64,000 nucleotides of DNA from Alcaligenaceae bacterium (GTDB taxonomy: Bacteria; Pseudomonadota; Gammaproteobacteria; Burkholderiales; Burkholderiaceae_B), in NCBI GenBank assembly GCA_947378965.1, contig CANCMG010000002.1:5938-69937 (forward strand), in the 5' to 3' direction. Below are positions 10,059-18,409 of the stretch, one piece after another. A model generated the notes under the pieces. The model made no database searches, was not told the origin of the DNA, and saw nothing but the letters and a program-made list of their open reading frames with translations. The stretch's first letter is position 1. Every line of letters begins with the position of its first letter. The position numbers were made by a program, and so were the translations under genes.

Positions 10059-11462
10059 TCATGCATTGCGCGCCGCCGCCAAGAGACCAAACAGCTCAGA
10101 CGTATCCTCAAGGCGATCTAATTGCGCGATCAACGCAATCGTAAGTTCAATATTTTTGGCACTTAAGCATGACTCAACAACGTTGCGAAACTTATAGACG
10201 ACATCCTCGTGCGACAAGGGGTTTTCAGGGCTGCCGCGTCGGTTCAGAATCTCGTGCTGAAACGTACGACCATCACGCGTCGTGACCTTCACGCGTGCAG
10301 CGTGCCGATAGGCGGCACCCATGGCTTCGATCTCTCGATCGATACTCGCCTCAATCCGTGTGATGAAATCCATAATCTTGGGATCGGCCAAGCGATTTTC
10401 GGCATATTGAGCCACAAACGCTTTGCCATCAAAACCAATCACAGCAATTCCATAAAACAAATTCATCTGTGCCGCCGTCACACCTTGCGCTTTGTATTCC
10501 CAAGCGCAGTGGGTGTAAGTCATTGGGCTCATCCCGATTTCAACTTTACTCAGATCATCCGGCGTTAACTGATGCGTATTAAGCAGATAGGCGAAAGCAT
10601 CTAGGGCCGAGTGGATGCTGGTCACGCAAGCGTGTGGCTTGTAACCCACCTTGCCCGTTTCCCAGACCACGCCAAGATCCTCAGTCAAGCGACCGGCATT
10701 GGGCTTGTCAGAATATGAACTGAGGTAACCGCCATAGCCAGCCTCAAGCACGTCACTAATTCCGGTGAAATCGCGTTGTGCGAGGTAGGCCGAATACACG
10801 CCACTTTGCGCTGCACGACCCGAATGAAAGCGTTTCACCATTGCGCCCTCTTGGGCTGCCATCAAACCACCTGCTTGTGAACCCACGATACCGAGCGCGT
10901 GTTGCATACGCGGAGCGTTGAGTTTGAGCATTTTGGCTGCAGAGGCTGCAGCAACAAACGCCCCCGAAGTGCCTTGCGGATGAAAGCCGCGAAAGAACAA
11001 TCCCATGGTTGCTGCATTGCCCACTCGCGTCCCGATCTCGTAGCCTGTGGTCATCGCGGTCAACAGTGTTTTCCCAGTCGCACCGCCCGCTTGTTCGGCC
11101 AACGCCACCACAACGGGTGTTGCGATTGAACCTGCGTGAACGATTGATTCTTTATGAATATCGTCGAGCTCAAACGCATGACCTGCCGTCGCGTTGACCA
11201 ACACCGCACCAGCAACCGAGGTTTTTTTACCCGTACCAAAAATCGAAGCGACTGGGCGAGCGTCCTCGTCTTCGATCATGGCTTGAACGCGCTGCGTCCA
11301 GGGCAAGGTAGCCCCAAACAAGCAACAGCCAACACTATCCAGAAAACTGGTCTTCATACGCTCGATCACTTCGGCAGGGATCACTGCGTAGTCAATACCG
11401 GCAGCAAACTCGGCAAGTTTCTGCGTGGCACCGGGTAATAAAGATTGAGGGTGGCTATCCAT
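10059..11462 (-). CDS. MmgE/PrpD family protein, copy 2
   Basis: 467 aa with FLDSVGCCLFGA, HAFELDDIH and GFHPQGTSGAF. Confidence 0.8.
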   Translation of the reverse strand: MDSHPQSLLPGATQKLAEFAAGIDYAVIPAEVIERMKTSFLDSVGCCLFGATLPWTQRVQAMIEDEDARPVASIFGTGKKTSVAGAVLVNATAGHAFELDDIHKESIVHAGSIATPVVVALAEQAGGATGKTLLTAMTTGYEIGTRVGNAATMGLFFRGFHPQGTSGAFVAAASAAKMLKLNAPRMQHALGIVGSQAGGLMAAQEGAMVKRFHSGRAAQSGVYSAYLAQRDFTGISDVLEAGYGGYLSSYSDKPNAGRLTEDLGVVWETGKVGYKPHACVTSIHSALDAFAYLLNTHQLTPDDLSKVEIGMSPMTYTHCAWEYKAQGVTAAQMNLFYGIAVIGFDGKAFVAQYAENRLADPKIMDFITRIEASIDREIEAMGAAYRHAARVKVTTRDGRTFQHEILNRRGSPENPLSHEDVVYKFRNVVESCLSAKNIELTIALIAQLDRLEDTSELFGLLAAARNA

Positions 11463-11705
11463 AGTCTCGTTTTGAATCGTTAAAAAAAAATGAAAAATGT
11501 CTTAGTTCAATAAAAATGAAAAGATGTCTTTGGCTTACCAAAATTAAAACCAACCGTGCACTGCCTTAGCAGAGTGATCAAACTCTTCGGCTTGGCTAAG
11601 AAATTGCAAAAGCCTCAAGCTTCGAACTTAAGTACAACCGCACTTCAAAACCTCAGCGCGACTAAACAGTCGAACCTAACCACAACACTGAGCCGTCAGA
11701 AAACC

Positions 11706-12671
11706 TTACTCGGTTTTAAGCCCAGCTTGCTTCACAATTACACTCCACTTCGTGACCTCGCCCGCAACTAAGGCTCCCCAGGCCTCGGGCGTATTGGGCC
11801 CGCTCACCGGATCAAAGCCAACCTCAACCATCTGTTTCATAAAAATAGGATCTTTGACAATTACATCGATCTCGCGATTTAAGCGCCCAATAATGGGCTT
11901 GGGTGTTGCGGCTGGCGCGTAGACGCCGCTCCATTGCAAGGTTTGAAAGCCTGGCACACCCGACTCACTGATGGTCGGAAACTCTGGTAACGATTTGGAG
12001 CGCTGATCGTCACCGATACCCAATACTCGTAACGAGCCGGCGCGCACGTGGGGCAGAGGTGCTGCCGCACCGCTCATTGATAGTTCAACCTGACCACCCA
12101 ATAAATCGTTAAGCATCGGACCAGAGCCACGATACGGCACGTGCACGATATCGGTTTTAGTCAGTATTTTAAAAAGCTCCATGGGCAACGCGTTAGCGTT
12201 TGAACTCGCACCGTAAGAGAGTTTTCCAGGATGCGCGTGCGCATAGTCAATGAGTTGTTGCACAGACTGTATCGGCACCTTGGCGTTCACAAGCAATAAC
12301 ACTTGCTGGTTAGCCGTTTGCGCAATGGGCGCTAAATCGCGCGCAGAGTGATAGGCCATTTTTTTGCCAAAGGCCACGTTGTAAGCCTGGCTTGTGCCGT
12401 CGATCAGCAGGGTGTAGCCGTCGGGCGCTGCCTTGGCGACCAGGTCGGTGCCGATACTACCGTCAGACCCCGGGCGATTTTCGATCACGACCGGCACCGC
12501 CAAGGCGTCAGACAGTCGTCGGCCGAGCATACGTCCTAAAATATCCGTGCCACCACCTGGCGTGTAAGGCACCACAAGCTTGATGGGCTTGGCCGGCCAT
12601 GCAGCCTCTTGGGCTTGCCCTGGCAGACAGACCAAACATGCCACTAGGGCGACGATGATGTTCAGACTCAT
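11706..12671 (-). CDS. Bug-family (TctC-like) substrate-binding protein
   Basis: 321 aa. A signal peptide is followed by PIKLVVPYTPGGGTDILGR and HVPYRGSGP. Confidence 0.85.
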   Translation of the reverse strand: MSLNIIVALVACLVCLPGQAQEAAWPAKPIKLVVPYTPGGGTDILGRMLGRRLSDALAVPVVIENRPGSDGSIGTDLVAKAAPDGYTLLIDGTSQAYNVAFGKKMAYHSARDLAPIAQTANQQVLLLVNAKVPIQSVQQLIDYAHAHPGKLSYGASSNANALPMELFKILTKTDIVHVPYRGSGPMLNDLLGGQVELSMSGAAAPLPHVRAGSLRVLGIGDDQRSKSLPEFPTISESGVPGFQTLQWSGVYAPAATPKPIIGRLNREIDVIVKDPIFMKQMVEVGFDPVSGPNTPEAWGALVAGEVTKWSVIVKQAGLKTE

Positions 12672-12718
12672 CTGTTTTTTAGACTTGAAAGCGCGGCACG
12701 CTGCATCGACAACCTCAG

Positions 12719-13684
12719 TTACTCAATCACCGTACCAGACGCATGAATTAAAGCCGCCCATTTTTTATATTCTGAATCCAAAAATTCTTTGGCTTTGGCT
12801 GAGTCACCGTTGATGATGTTGACCCCCGCCGCTTGAACCTTGTCGCGCAAATCTGGCATTTGCAACACATTCGCAAGCTGAGTTTGCATAAATGACACCA
12901 CATTGGCCGGCAGATTTGCAGGCCCTAACACCATATACCAGGTTGTCGATGAGTAGCCTTTGACACCGGCTTCTTCAATCGTAGGCATATCCTTCGCGAT
13001 CGTTGAGCGCGTGACACCGGTCTGTCCTAAGGCAATGACGCGGCCATCCCGAACATAAGGCATGCTTTCAGAAATCGGCAACATTGTCACATCGACTTCG
13101 CCCGACATCACATCCACCAAGGCTGGGCCACCACCCCGATACGGTATATGCAGATATTGCATGCCCGTCATGTGACGCAAGACGTCCATCGCCAAATGCG
13201 ATGAACTGCCATTGCCTGAACTCGCAAAACGAATCGCATCTGGCTTTGTCTTGCCCATCGCCACCAAGTCATTAATCGATTTAATCGGCAACTTGGCATT
13301 TGCCAACAGCACTAGGGGTGCTTCACCAATCAAAGCAATCGGCGTGAAATCTTCAATCTTGAAGTTAACCTTTTTATATAAGCTTGGGTTAATCGCAATA
13401 CCAGGTGTACTAAATAGCAGCGTGTAACCATCTGCCTTAGCCGAGGCCGTTGCAGCAAAGGCAATGTTGCCACCCGCGCCGGTACGATTTTCAACAACGA
13501 ATTGTTTTCCCGTGACATCACTGAGCTTTTGCATGATCAAGCGGCCCACAATGTCAGCACTCCCGCCAGGTGGAAATCCAACCATCACCTGCACTGAACG
13601 CGCTGGGTAGTCTTGTGCAGACACTGGTGCCCACAAACCAAAGCAAAATAGCGCCACAACCGAGAGAAAAGTAAAACGTTTCAT
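12719..13684 (-). CDS. Bug-family (TctC-like) substrate-binding protein
   Basis: 321 aa. A signal peptide is followed by SVQVMVGFPPGGSADIVGR and HIPYRGGGPA. Confidence 0.85.
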   Translation of the reverse strand: MKRFTFLSVVALFCFGLWAPVSAQDYPARSVQVMVGFPPGGSADIVGRLIMQKLSDVTGKQFVVENRTGAGGNIAFAATASAKADGYTLLFSTPGIAINPSLYKKVNFKIEDFTPIALIGEAPLVLLANAKLPIKSINDLVAMGKTKPDAIRFASSGNGSSSHLAMDVLRHMTGMQYLHIPYRGGGPALVDVMSGEVDVTMLPISESMPYVRDGRVIALGQTGVTRSTIAKDMPTIEEAGVKGYSSTTWYMVLGPANLPANVVSFMQTQLANVLQMPDLRDKVQAAGVNIINGDSAKAKEFLDSEYKKWAALIHASGTVIE

Positions 13685-13756
13685 GGTACGCCTGTTTAAT
13701 AATTGAATATTTAAATACTTGAGTCGTTAAATATTTGAAGAGTTGGATCTGATCAA

Positions 13757-14581
13757 TTAATACGTCGGGTCTGCATCTAGCTGAACAGCAATCCCCTCAA
13801 GCGCCTTCGAGACGGCAGGATAACGCTGCATCACTAGCGGATCATGTCCAGGAACGATATGTTGCAGCGAACTCGCTAATTTTTCGAGCTTGCCGTAACC
13901 CTCAACGGCTTCAGCAACATTAAACATCGTGGTGAAAGCTCGTTTCTTTTCAAAATGTTCGTAATAATGACTGGTGTCCGAGGCCAATACGACCCAACCG
14001 CGACGCGTCCAGACACGCACACATTGCACTCCATGCGTGTGACCACCGATGCGATGAATCGAGACGCCAGGTGCCAATTCAGCCTCGCCCGCATAAAAAC
14101 TCACTCGATCTTTGTACACCATACGCACCATGCCAACCACCTCATCTACCTCGTAGCCGTGGTTGAATTGCTTATGCCGCATATGGCGACCTGTCGCATA
14201 GGCCATCTCATCATCTTGCAAATGAAATTGCGCAATGGGAAAGCTATCGAACGTGCCAACATGATCGTAGTGCAAATGCGTGATGATCACGTCTTTCACT
14301 TGAGTAACGTCTACGCCAATTGCAGCGAGCCCTTCTGCGGGCGTACGCAACAAGGTCCGTCCGCGCTTGGCCGCCACCTCTGCGCCAAAGCCAGTATCCA
14401 CCACAAAGGTGTGCTGGGCATTACGCACCACCCAAACAAAATAATCCATCGGCATCGGACCATCATGAGGATCCCCACCAATGAAATGATTTTTGCGCAG
14501 CGCGTCGCGCGTGGCATAGCGCACGGCAAACACTTCATACATCGGCAAGCCGCTTGGGCTACCAGCTTGACTGTTGGTCAT
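13757..14581 (-). CDS. MBL-fold metallo-hydrolase (lactonase-like), paralog B
   Basis: 274 aa with ITHLHYDHVG. It is a paralog of 7628..8440. Its start overlaps the stop of the upstream reductase by 4 nt. Confidence 0.75.
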   Translation of the reverse strand: MTNSQAGSPSGLPMYEVFAVRYATRDALRKNHFIGGDPHDGPMPMDYFVWVVRNAQHTFVVDTGFGAEVAAKRGRTLLRTPAEGLAAIGVDVTQVKDVIITHLHYDHVGTFDSFPIAQFHLQDDEMAYATGRHMRHKQFNHGYEVDEVVGMVRMVYKDRVSFYAGEAELAPGVSIHRIGGHTHGVQCVRVWTRRGWVVLASDTSHYYEHFEKKRAFTTMFNVAEAVEGYGKLEKLASSLQHIVPGHDPLVMQRYPAVSKALEGIAVQLDADPTY

Positions 14582-16569
14582 ACTGTTCTTCCAGAAAAAG
14601 GTTGTTGATCAATACTGAGGCCTACCATCCAGCCATCTCGGATCGCAGATAAAAAATCACCGGGGGCATGGCAGTCGCCAACCCGTGCATAGGGGACTCC
14701 GACTTGTTCAATGGCGGCAACGACATCGATATTTGAACGTGGCCCATTGGCAAAAATGAGCACTTGGCCAATCGGCAATTGCGTGGAAGCTGCCTGACCA
14801 ATCTTGACCGTCAGGTGGCGTTCACTCAAGCTTTCAATGCGGCATTGTGTGATCACTCTTACACCGGCTGCAGCAATCCGCTCAAGCAATTCGAATTTAT
14901 TGTTACGCGCCATCCCATTTGCGGCAGTCGCTTGCATTTCTAGAACTTGAATATCGCAGCCTGTCAGACGCAACACATCAGCCACCTCAACGCCCACCAT
15001 GCCACCGCCAATAATCGTCACCGACGTGCCTGGCGCGATACGCTCAGGCGAGGTAAACACATCCCACGCATGCATCACTGCGATATCACTCGCAAGAGCG
15101 CTGGTGTTAATGGGAGCCTCTCTTGGCACCGAGCCCGTTGCCACCACGACAAAGTCTGGCTGAAACGCCTCGATCATTGCCGCGTCTGCATCAATGCCAC
15201 ATTTGACTGGCACCTTCATGTCCATCAACTGTGACCAACGGTAATCCCAGACCGGCTGTACCTCAGTCTTGTCAGGTGCCGCGACGGCCAAATGAATTTG
15301 TCCGCCCACACGCTGTGCTTTTTCCCAAATCTCAACGTCATGCCCACGCCCACGTGCGATACGTGCAGCTTCAATACCGGCGACGCCCGCCCCCAACACC
15401 AAGACACGTTTACGAGGCGTTTGTGGGGGTGCGAATAATTGTGGTTCGGCAAACTCGAGGGCTTCAAATTCTGTGCCGACCATCGGGTTCTGTACACACG
15501 ACACATCTTTTTCAAGCGTTAAGCGTTCAAAACAGACATTGCAGGCAATACATTCGCGTATGGGGGCCTTGACCTCGCCAAACGCTTTGAGTGCCCAATG
15601 CGGATCCGCGTACAACGCGCGACCAACCGAAACAAAATCGGCACTGCCACTGGCGAGCACGGCTTCAGCGTCTGCTGGCGTCACAATACGACCCGCCACA
15701 AACACCGGCACCTTCACTGCCTCTTTAATCGGCTTAGCAACCGGGGCCAGACAGCCGCGCGCAAACGAGGGTGGCTGGATGCAATACTTTGACAATTGCG
15801 GGCTTTCATTGCTGCCACCTGACAGATCAATGGCGTCAGCTCCCGCCTGCTCAACGGCCTGAGCCAGAGCAATAATCTCGTCTTGCGTATAGCCCCCCTC
15901 AACAAACTCGCTTGCACTTAACCGTACGACCAAACACAAATCAGGCAACGCCTGCTTCACCCGATCAATCGTCTCAAGCAGCATGCGCATCCGGTTTTGC
16001 AAGGTGCCGCCATACTGGTCGGTTCGCTGATTCACGCGTTCAGTAAAGAACTGTTGAAACAAGTAGCCGTTGCCCGCATGGATTTCGACGCCGTCATAAC
16101 CTGCTAGCCAAAGTCGCCGCGCGGCAGCGACAAACAAGCCCTGCAACTCGTGAATCTCTGCTACGCGAAGCGCTCGCACCGCATCGCCGGTGTTGGGATT
16201 GATCCAGTCGCTTGGGCCGACTGGTTCCATATTGAGCACAGCCCGCCGCAGCAAAGCACCGCGGTGGTTAATTTGACCGAACACATGACTGCCGTGATCT
16301 TTGATGCTCTGCACCAAGCGGGCCAGCCCTGGAATAAAACGGTCGTGATAACAACATAATGAATTATGGTGCGAGCGTGCGGTCTCGGTCACGATCATCG
16401 CTTCAGTCATAATCATGGCGACCCCACCGCGCGCGCGCTCGGCGTAGTACTCGCAATCGCGCTGGGTTGACAGGCCGTCGGTGGTACTGTAATTGGTCCC
16501 CATCGGCGCCATCACGATGCGGTTCTTTAAGCGCAGATTGCCGATCTGGCCCGGTTGTTGCAACAACAT
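14578..16569 (-). CDS. FadH-like Fe-S flavoenzyme (OYE TIM-barrel plus 4Fe-4S plus FAD/NAD(P) Rossmann domains)
   Basis: 663 aa. It has the OYE segments LKNRIVMAPMGT and HAGNGYLFQQF, the Cys cluster CIACNVCF...C, then GAGVAGIEAA and IIGGGMVGVE dinucleotide folds. This is the architecture of 2,4-dienoyl-CoA reductase-type enzymes. Confidence 0.8.
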   Translation of the reverse strand: MLLQQPGQIGNLRLKNRIVMAPMGTNYSTTDGLSTQRDCEYYAERARGGVAMIMTEAMIVTETARSHHNSLCCYHDRFIPGLARLVQSIKDHGSHVFGQINHRGALLRRAVLNMEPVGPSDWINPNTGDAVRALRVAEIHELQGLFVAAARRLWLAGYDGVEIHAGNGYLFQQFFTERVNQRTDQYGGTLQNRMRMLLETIDRVKQALPDLCLVVRLSASEFVEGGYTQDEIIALAQAVEQAGADAIDLSGGSNESPQLSKYCIQPPSFARGCLAPVAKPIKEAVKVPVFVAGRIVTPADAEAVLASGSADFVSVGRALYADPHWALKAFGEVKAPIRECIACNVCFERLTLEKDVSCVQNPMVGTEFEALEFAEPQLFAPPQTPRKRVLVLGAGVAGIEAARIARGRGHDVEIWEKAQRVGGQIHLAVAAPDKTEVQPVWDYRWSQLMDMKVPVKCGIDADAAMIEAFQPDFVVVATGSVPREAPINTSALASDIAVMHAWDVFTSPERIAPGTSVTIIGGGMVGVEVADVLRLTGCDIQVLEMQATAANGMARNNKFELLERIAAAGVRVITQCRIESLSERHLTVKIGQAASTQLPIGQVLIFANGPRSNIDVVAAIEQVGVPYARVGDCHAPGDFLSAIRDGWMVGLSIDQQPFSGRTV

Positions 16570-16735
16570 AAGTCACCCTCTCGCCTCGCCTGAAATGTGC
16601 GCGACGTTGTCTCTGCCCCAAAAAGTGAGGCTTGTTATAGATCTTCAGGCTGTATGCTAACTACTGATTATTTTTAGGTCAATCCGCTAAAATGAAAAAC
16701 AATACTGAATTGCGGTCAACAATAGGGTTTCCACA

Positions 16736-17638
16736 ATGCGAAATCTCAATGCTTTGCTGGTTTTTGCCAAGGTCGCCGAAACGCGCAGCTTTACCGTTGC
16801 AGCCCAGCGTTTAGGACTCACCGCTTCGGCCATCAGCAAGTCAGTCGCCAGACTTGAGCAAGAGCTTGGTGTCAAGCTGCTACAGCGCTCAACGCGCCTA
16901 GTCAGCTTGACCGATGAGGGCTCAAGCTTTTACGAACGCTGCCGTAACATTTTGGCCGAGCTCGACGACGCAGAAAGCGCCGTCACCATGAGCAACGCCA
17001 CACCAAAGGGTCGGCTGCGCATTCAAATGCCAGTTGGCTTTGGTCGACGTGTGATCGCACCAAAACTTTGGGCCTTTACGCAGCAGCATCCAGAGTTAGT
17101 CGTAGACGTTGAGTTAAGCGATCGCGTGGTTGACCTCGCCTATGAAGGCATCGATGCTGCGATTCAGATTGGACCGGTGAGCGACTCGCGTGTGGTGGCG
17201 CGCAAGCTTTGTCGCTTAAGCTTCGCCGCCTGCGCCTCACCTGAGTATTTAGCCAAACACGGCGAACCAACGACCCCTGAAGAGCTTCACACACATCAAT
17301 GTCTGGCGTACCTGCTACCCATGACGGGGGGGCATCGCGAATGGCAATTTGCCAAAGATGGGCAAAATTTTTCTAAATCGTTCTCGGGCGCCTTAAATAT
17401 CAATAACGCAGAATCTTTGCTTGAGGCTGCGGTTGCTGGCGCTGGGATTACCATGATCAGTAACTTTATCGCAGCAGACGCCTTAAAAAGCGGAAAACTT
17501 AAGACTATCTTGCCCGATTACATCGTCGAAGGACCCGAGGTGTTCGTAGTGTATTTGCCACGAAGCAATCTTTCGGCGAAAGTAAAGGCCTTTGTTGAAT
17601 TTTTAACCCTCACTGTTGAAGGCATCGAACGTACATGA
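16736..17638 (+). CDS. LysR-family transcriptional regulator
   Basis: 300 aa with N-terminal wHTH LNALLVFAKVAETRSFTVAAQRLGLTASAISKSVARLEQELGVKLLQR. It is divergent from the 14578..16569 operon. Confidence 0.9.
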   Translation: MRNLNALLVFAKVAETRSFTVAAQRLGLTASAISKSVARLEQELGVKLLQRSTRLVSLTDEGSSFYERCRNILAELDDAESAVTMSNATPKGRLRIQMPVGFGRRVIAPKLWAFTQQHPELVVDVELSDRVVDLAYEGIDAAIQIGPVSDSRVVARKLCRLSFAACASPEYLAKHGEPTTPEELHTHQCLAYLLPMTGGHREWQFAKDGQNFSKSFSGALNINNAESLLEAAVAGAGITMISNFIAADALKSGKLKTILPDYIVEGPEVFVVYLPRSNLSAKVKAFVEFLTLTVEGIERT

Positions 17639-18348
17639 CAACCCCCACCACTACACTCAAACTCATGTCAACGATGGCGTTGCGCAGCGTTCTCAAGGAA
17701 GTGATCCCTGATTTTGAAAAACAAATGGGCGTCACCGTTGAGATCAAATATGGTGCCACTGCAAAGTTAATCGAGCGTATTCGCACCGGGGCCCGAAGCG
17801 ATCTCGTGATCGCCGTAGCGGGTTCAATTAACGAACTCGAAGCCGAAGACATTTTGCAACAGGGCGCGCGGGTCGATCTCGTCACCTCGGATGTCGCCAT
17901 GGCCGTTAAGCTTGGCGCACCTGCCCCTGACATCTCATCGCAAGAGGCGTTTATTGCAACCCTGCGCGCTTCGCGTTCCTTCGTATATTCTAAACAAGGG
18001 GCAAGCGGGATGTACTTCGCCAGCCTGCTCAAACGCCTTGGAATAGACGAAGAACTTCGCTCTAAGGCAACGGTCTTGGCAGAAGGCCTGACAGGTGAAC
18101 CTGTGGCCCGCGGTGAAATTGAACTCGCAGTGCAGCAAATGAGCGAATTGATGCAAGTCTCTGGGATCAACATCTTTGCCAAGCTACCACCTGCTGTCCA
18201 ACAATCGACTACATTTTCAGTCGGCGTCTTTAAAGACCCAACCAAGCCCGACGTGATCAACGCCTTCACGACGTTTATGCGTACACCGGCGGTCACAGCG
18301 GTATATAAGCGTCAAGGTTTAGACCCAATCACACCTGTAAAGGGTTAA
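17635..18348 (+). CDS. ModA-fold (type 2 periplasmic-binding-protein fold) protein without a signal peptide
   Basis: 237 aa. The pattern LKLMSTMALRSVLKEVIPDFEKQMGVTVEIKYGATAKLIERIRTGARSDLVIA matches molybdate/anion-binding-protein folds. There is no hydrophobic leader. The ATG overlaps the lysR stop (ATGA). Confidence 0.6.
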   Translation: MTTPTTTLKLMSTMALRSVLKEVIPDFEKQMGVTVEIKYGATAKLIERIRTGARSDLVIAVAGSINELEAEDILQQGARVDLVTSDVAMAVKLGAPAPDISSQEAFIATLRASRSFVYSKQGASGMYFASLLKRLGIDEELRSKATVLAEGLTGEPVARGEIELAVQQMSELMQVSGINIFAKLPPAVQQSTTFSVGVFKDPTKPDVINAFTTFMRTPAVTAVYKRQGLDPITPVKG

Positions 18349-18409
18349 GTCAAACTACACACGTCAAGGGTTAGATCCAATCACGCTTTAATTTATAAGA
18401 GCCACTTTC

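Noticed and set aside
13955-14608. 217-aa + strand ORF
   Set aside because: It is antisense to MBL paralog B. It is His/Arg-rich low-complexity sequence with no motifs.
17610-18296. 228-aa minus-strand ORF
   Set aside because: It is antisense to the ModA-fold gene, which has clear family features. The composition is typical of an antisense frame in GC-rich codon usage.
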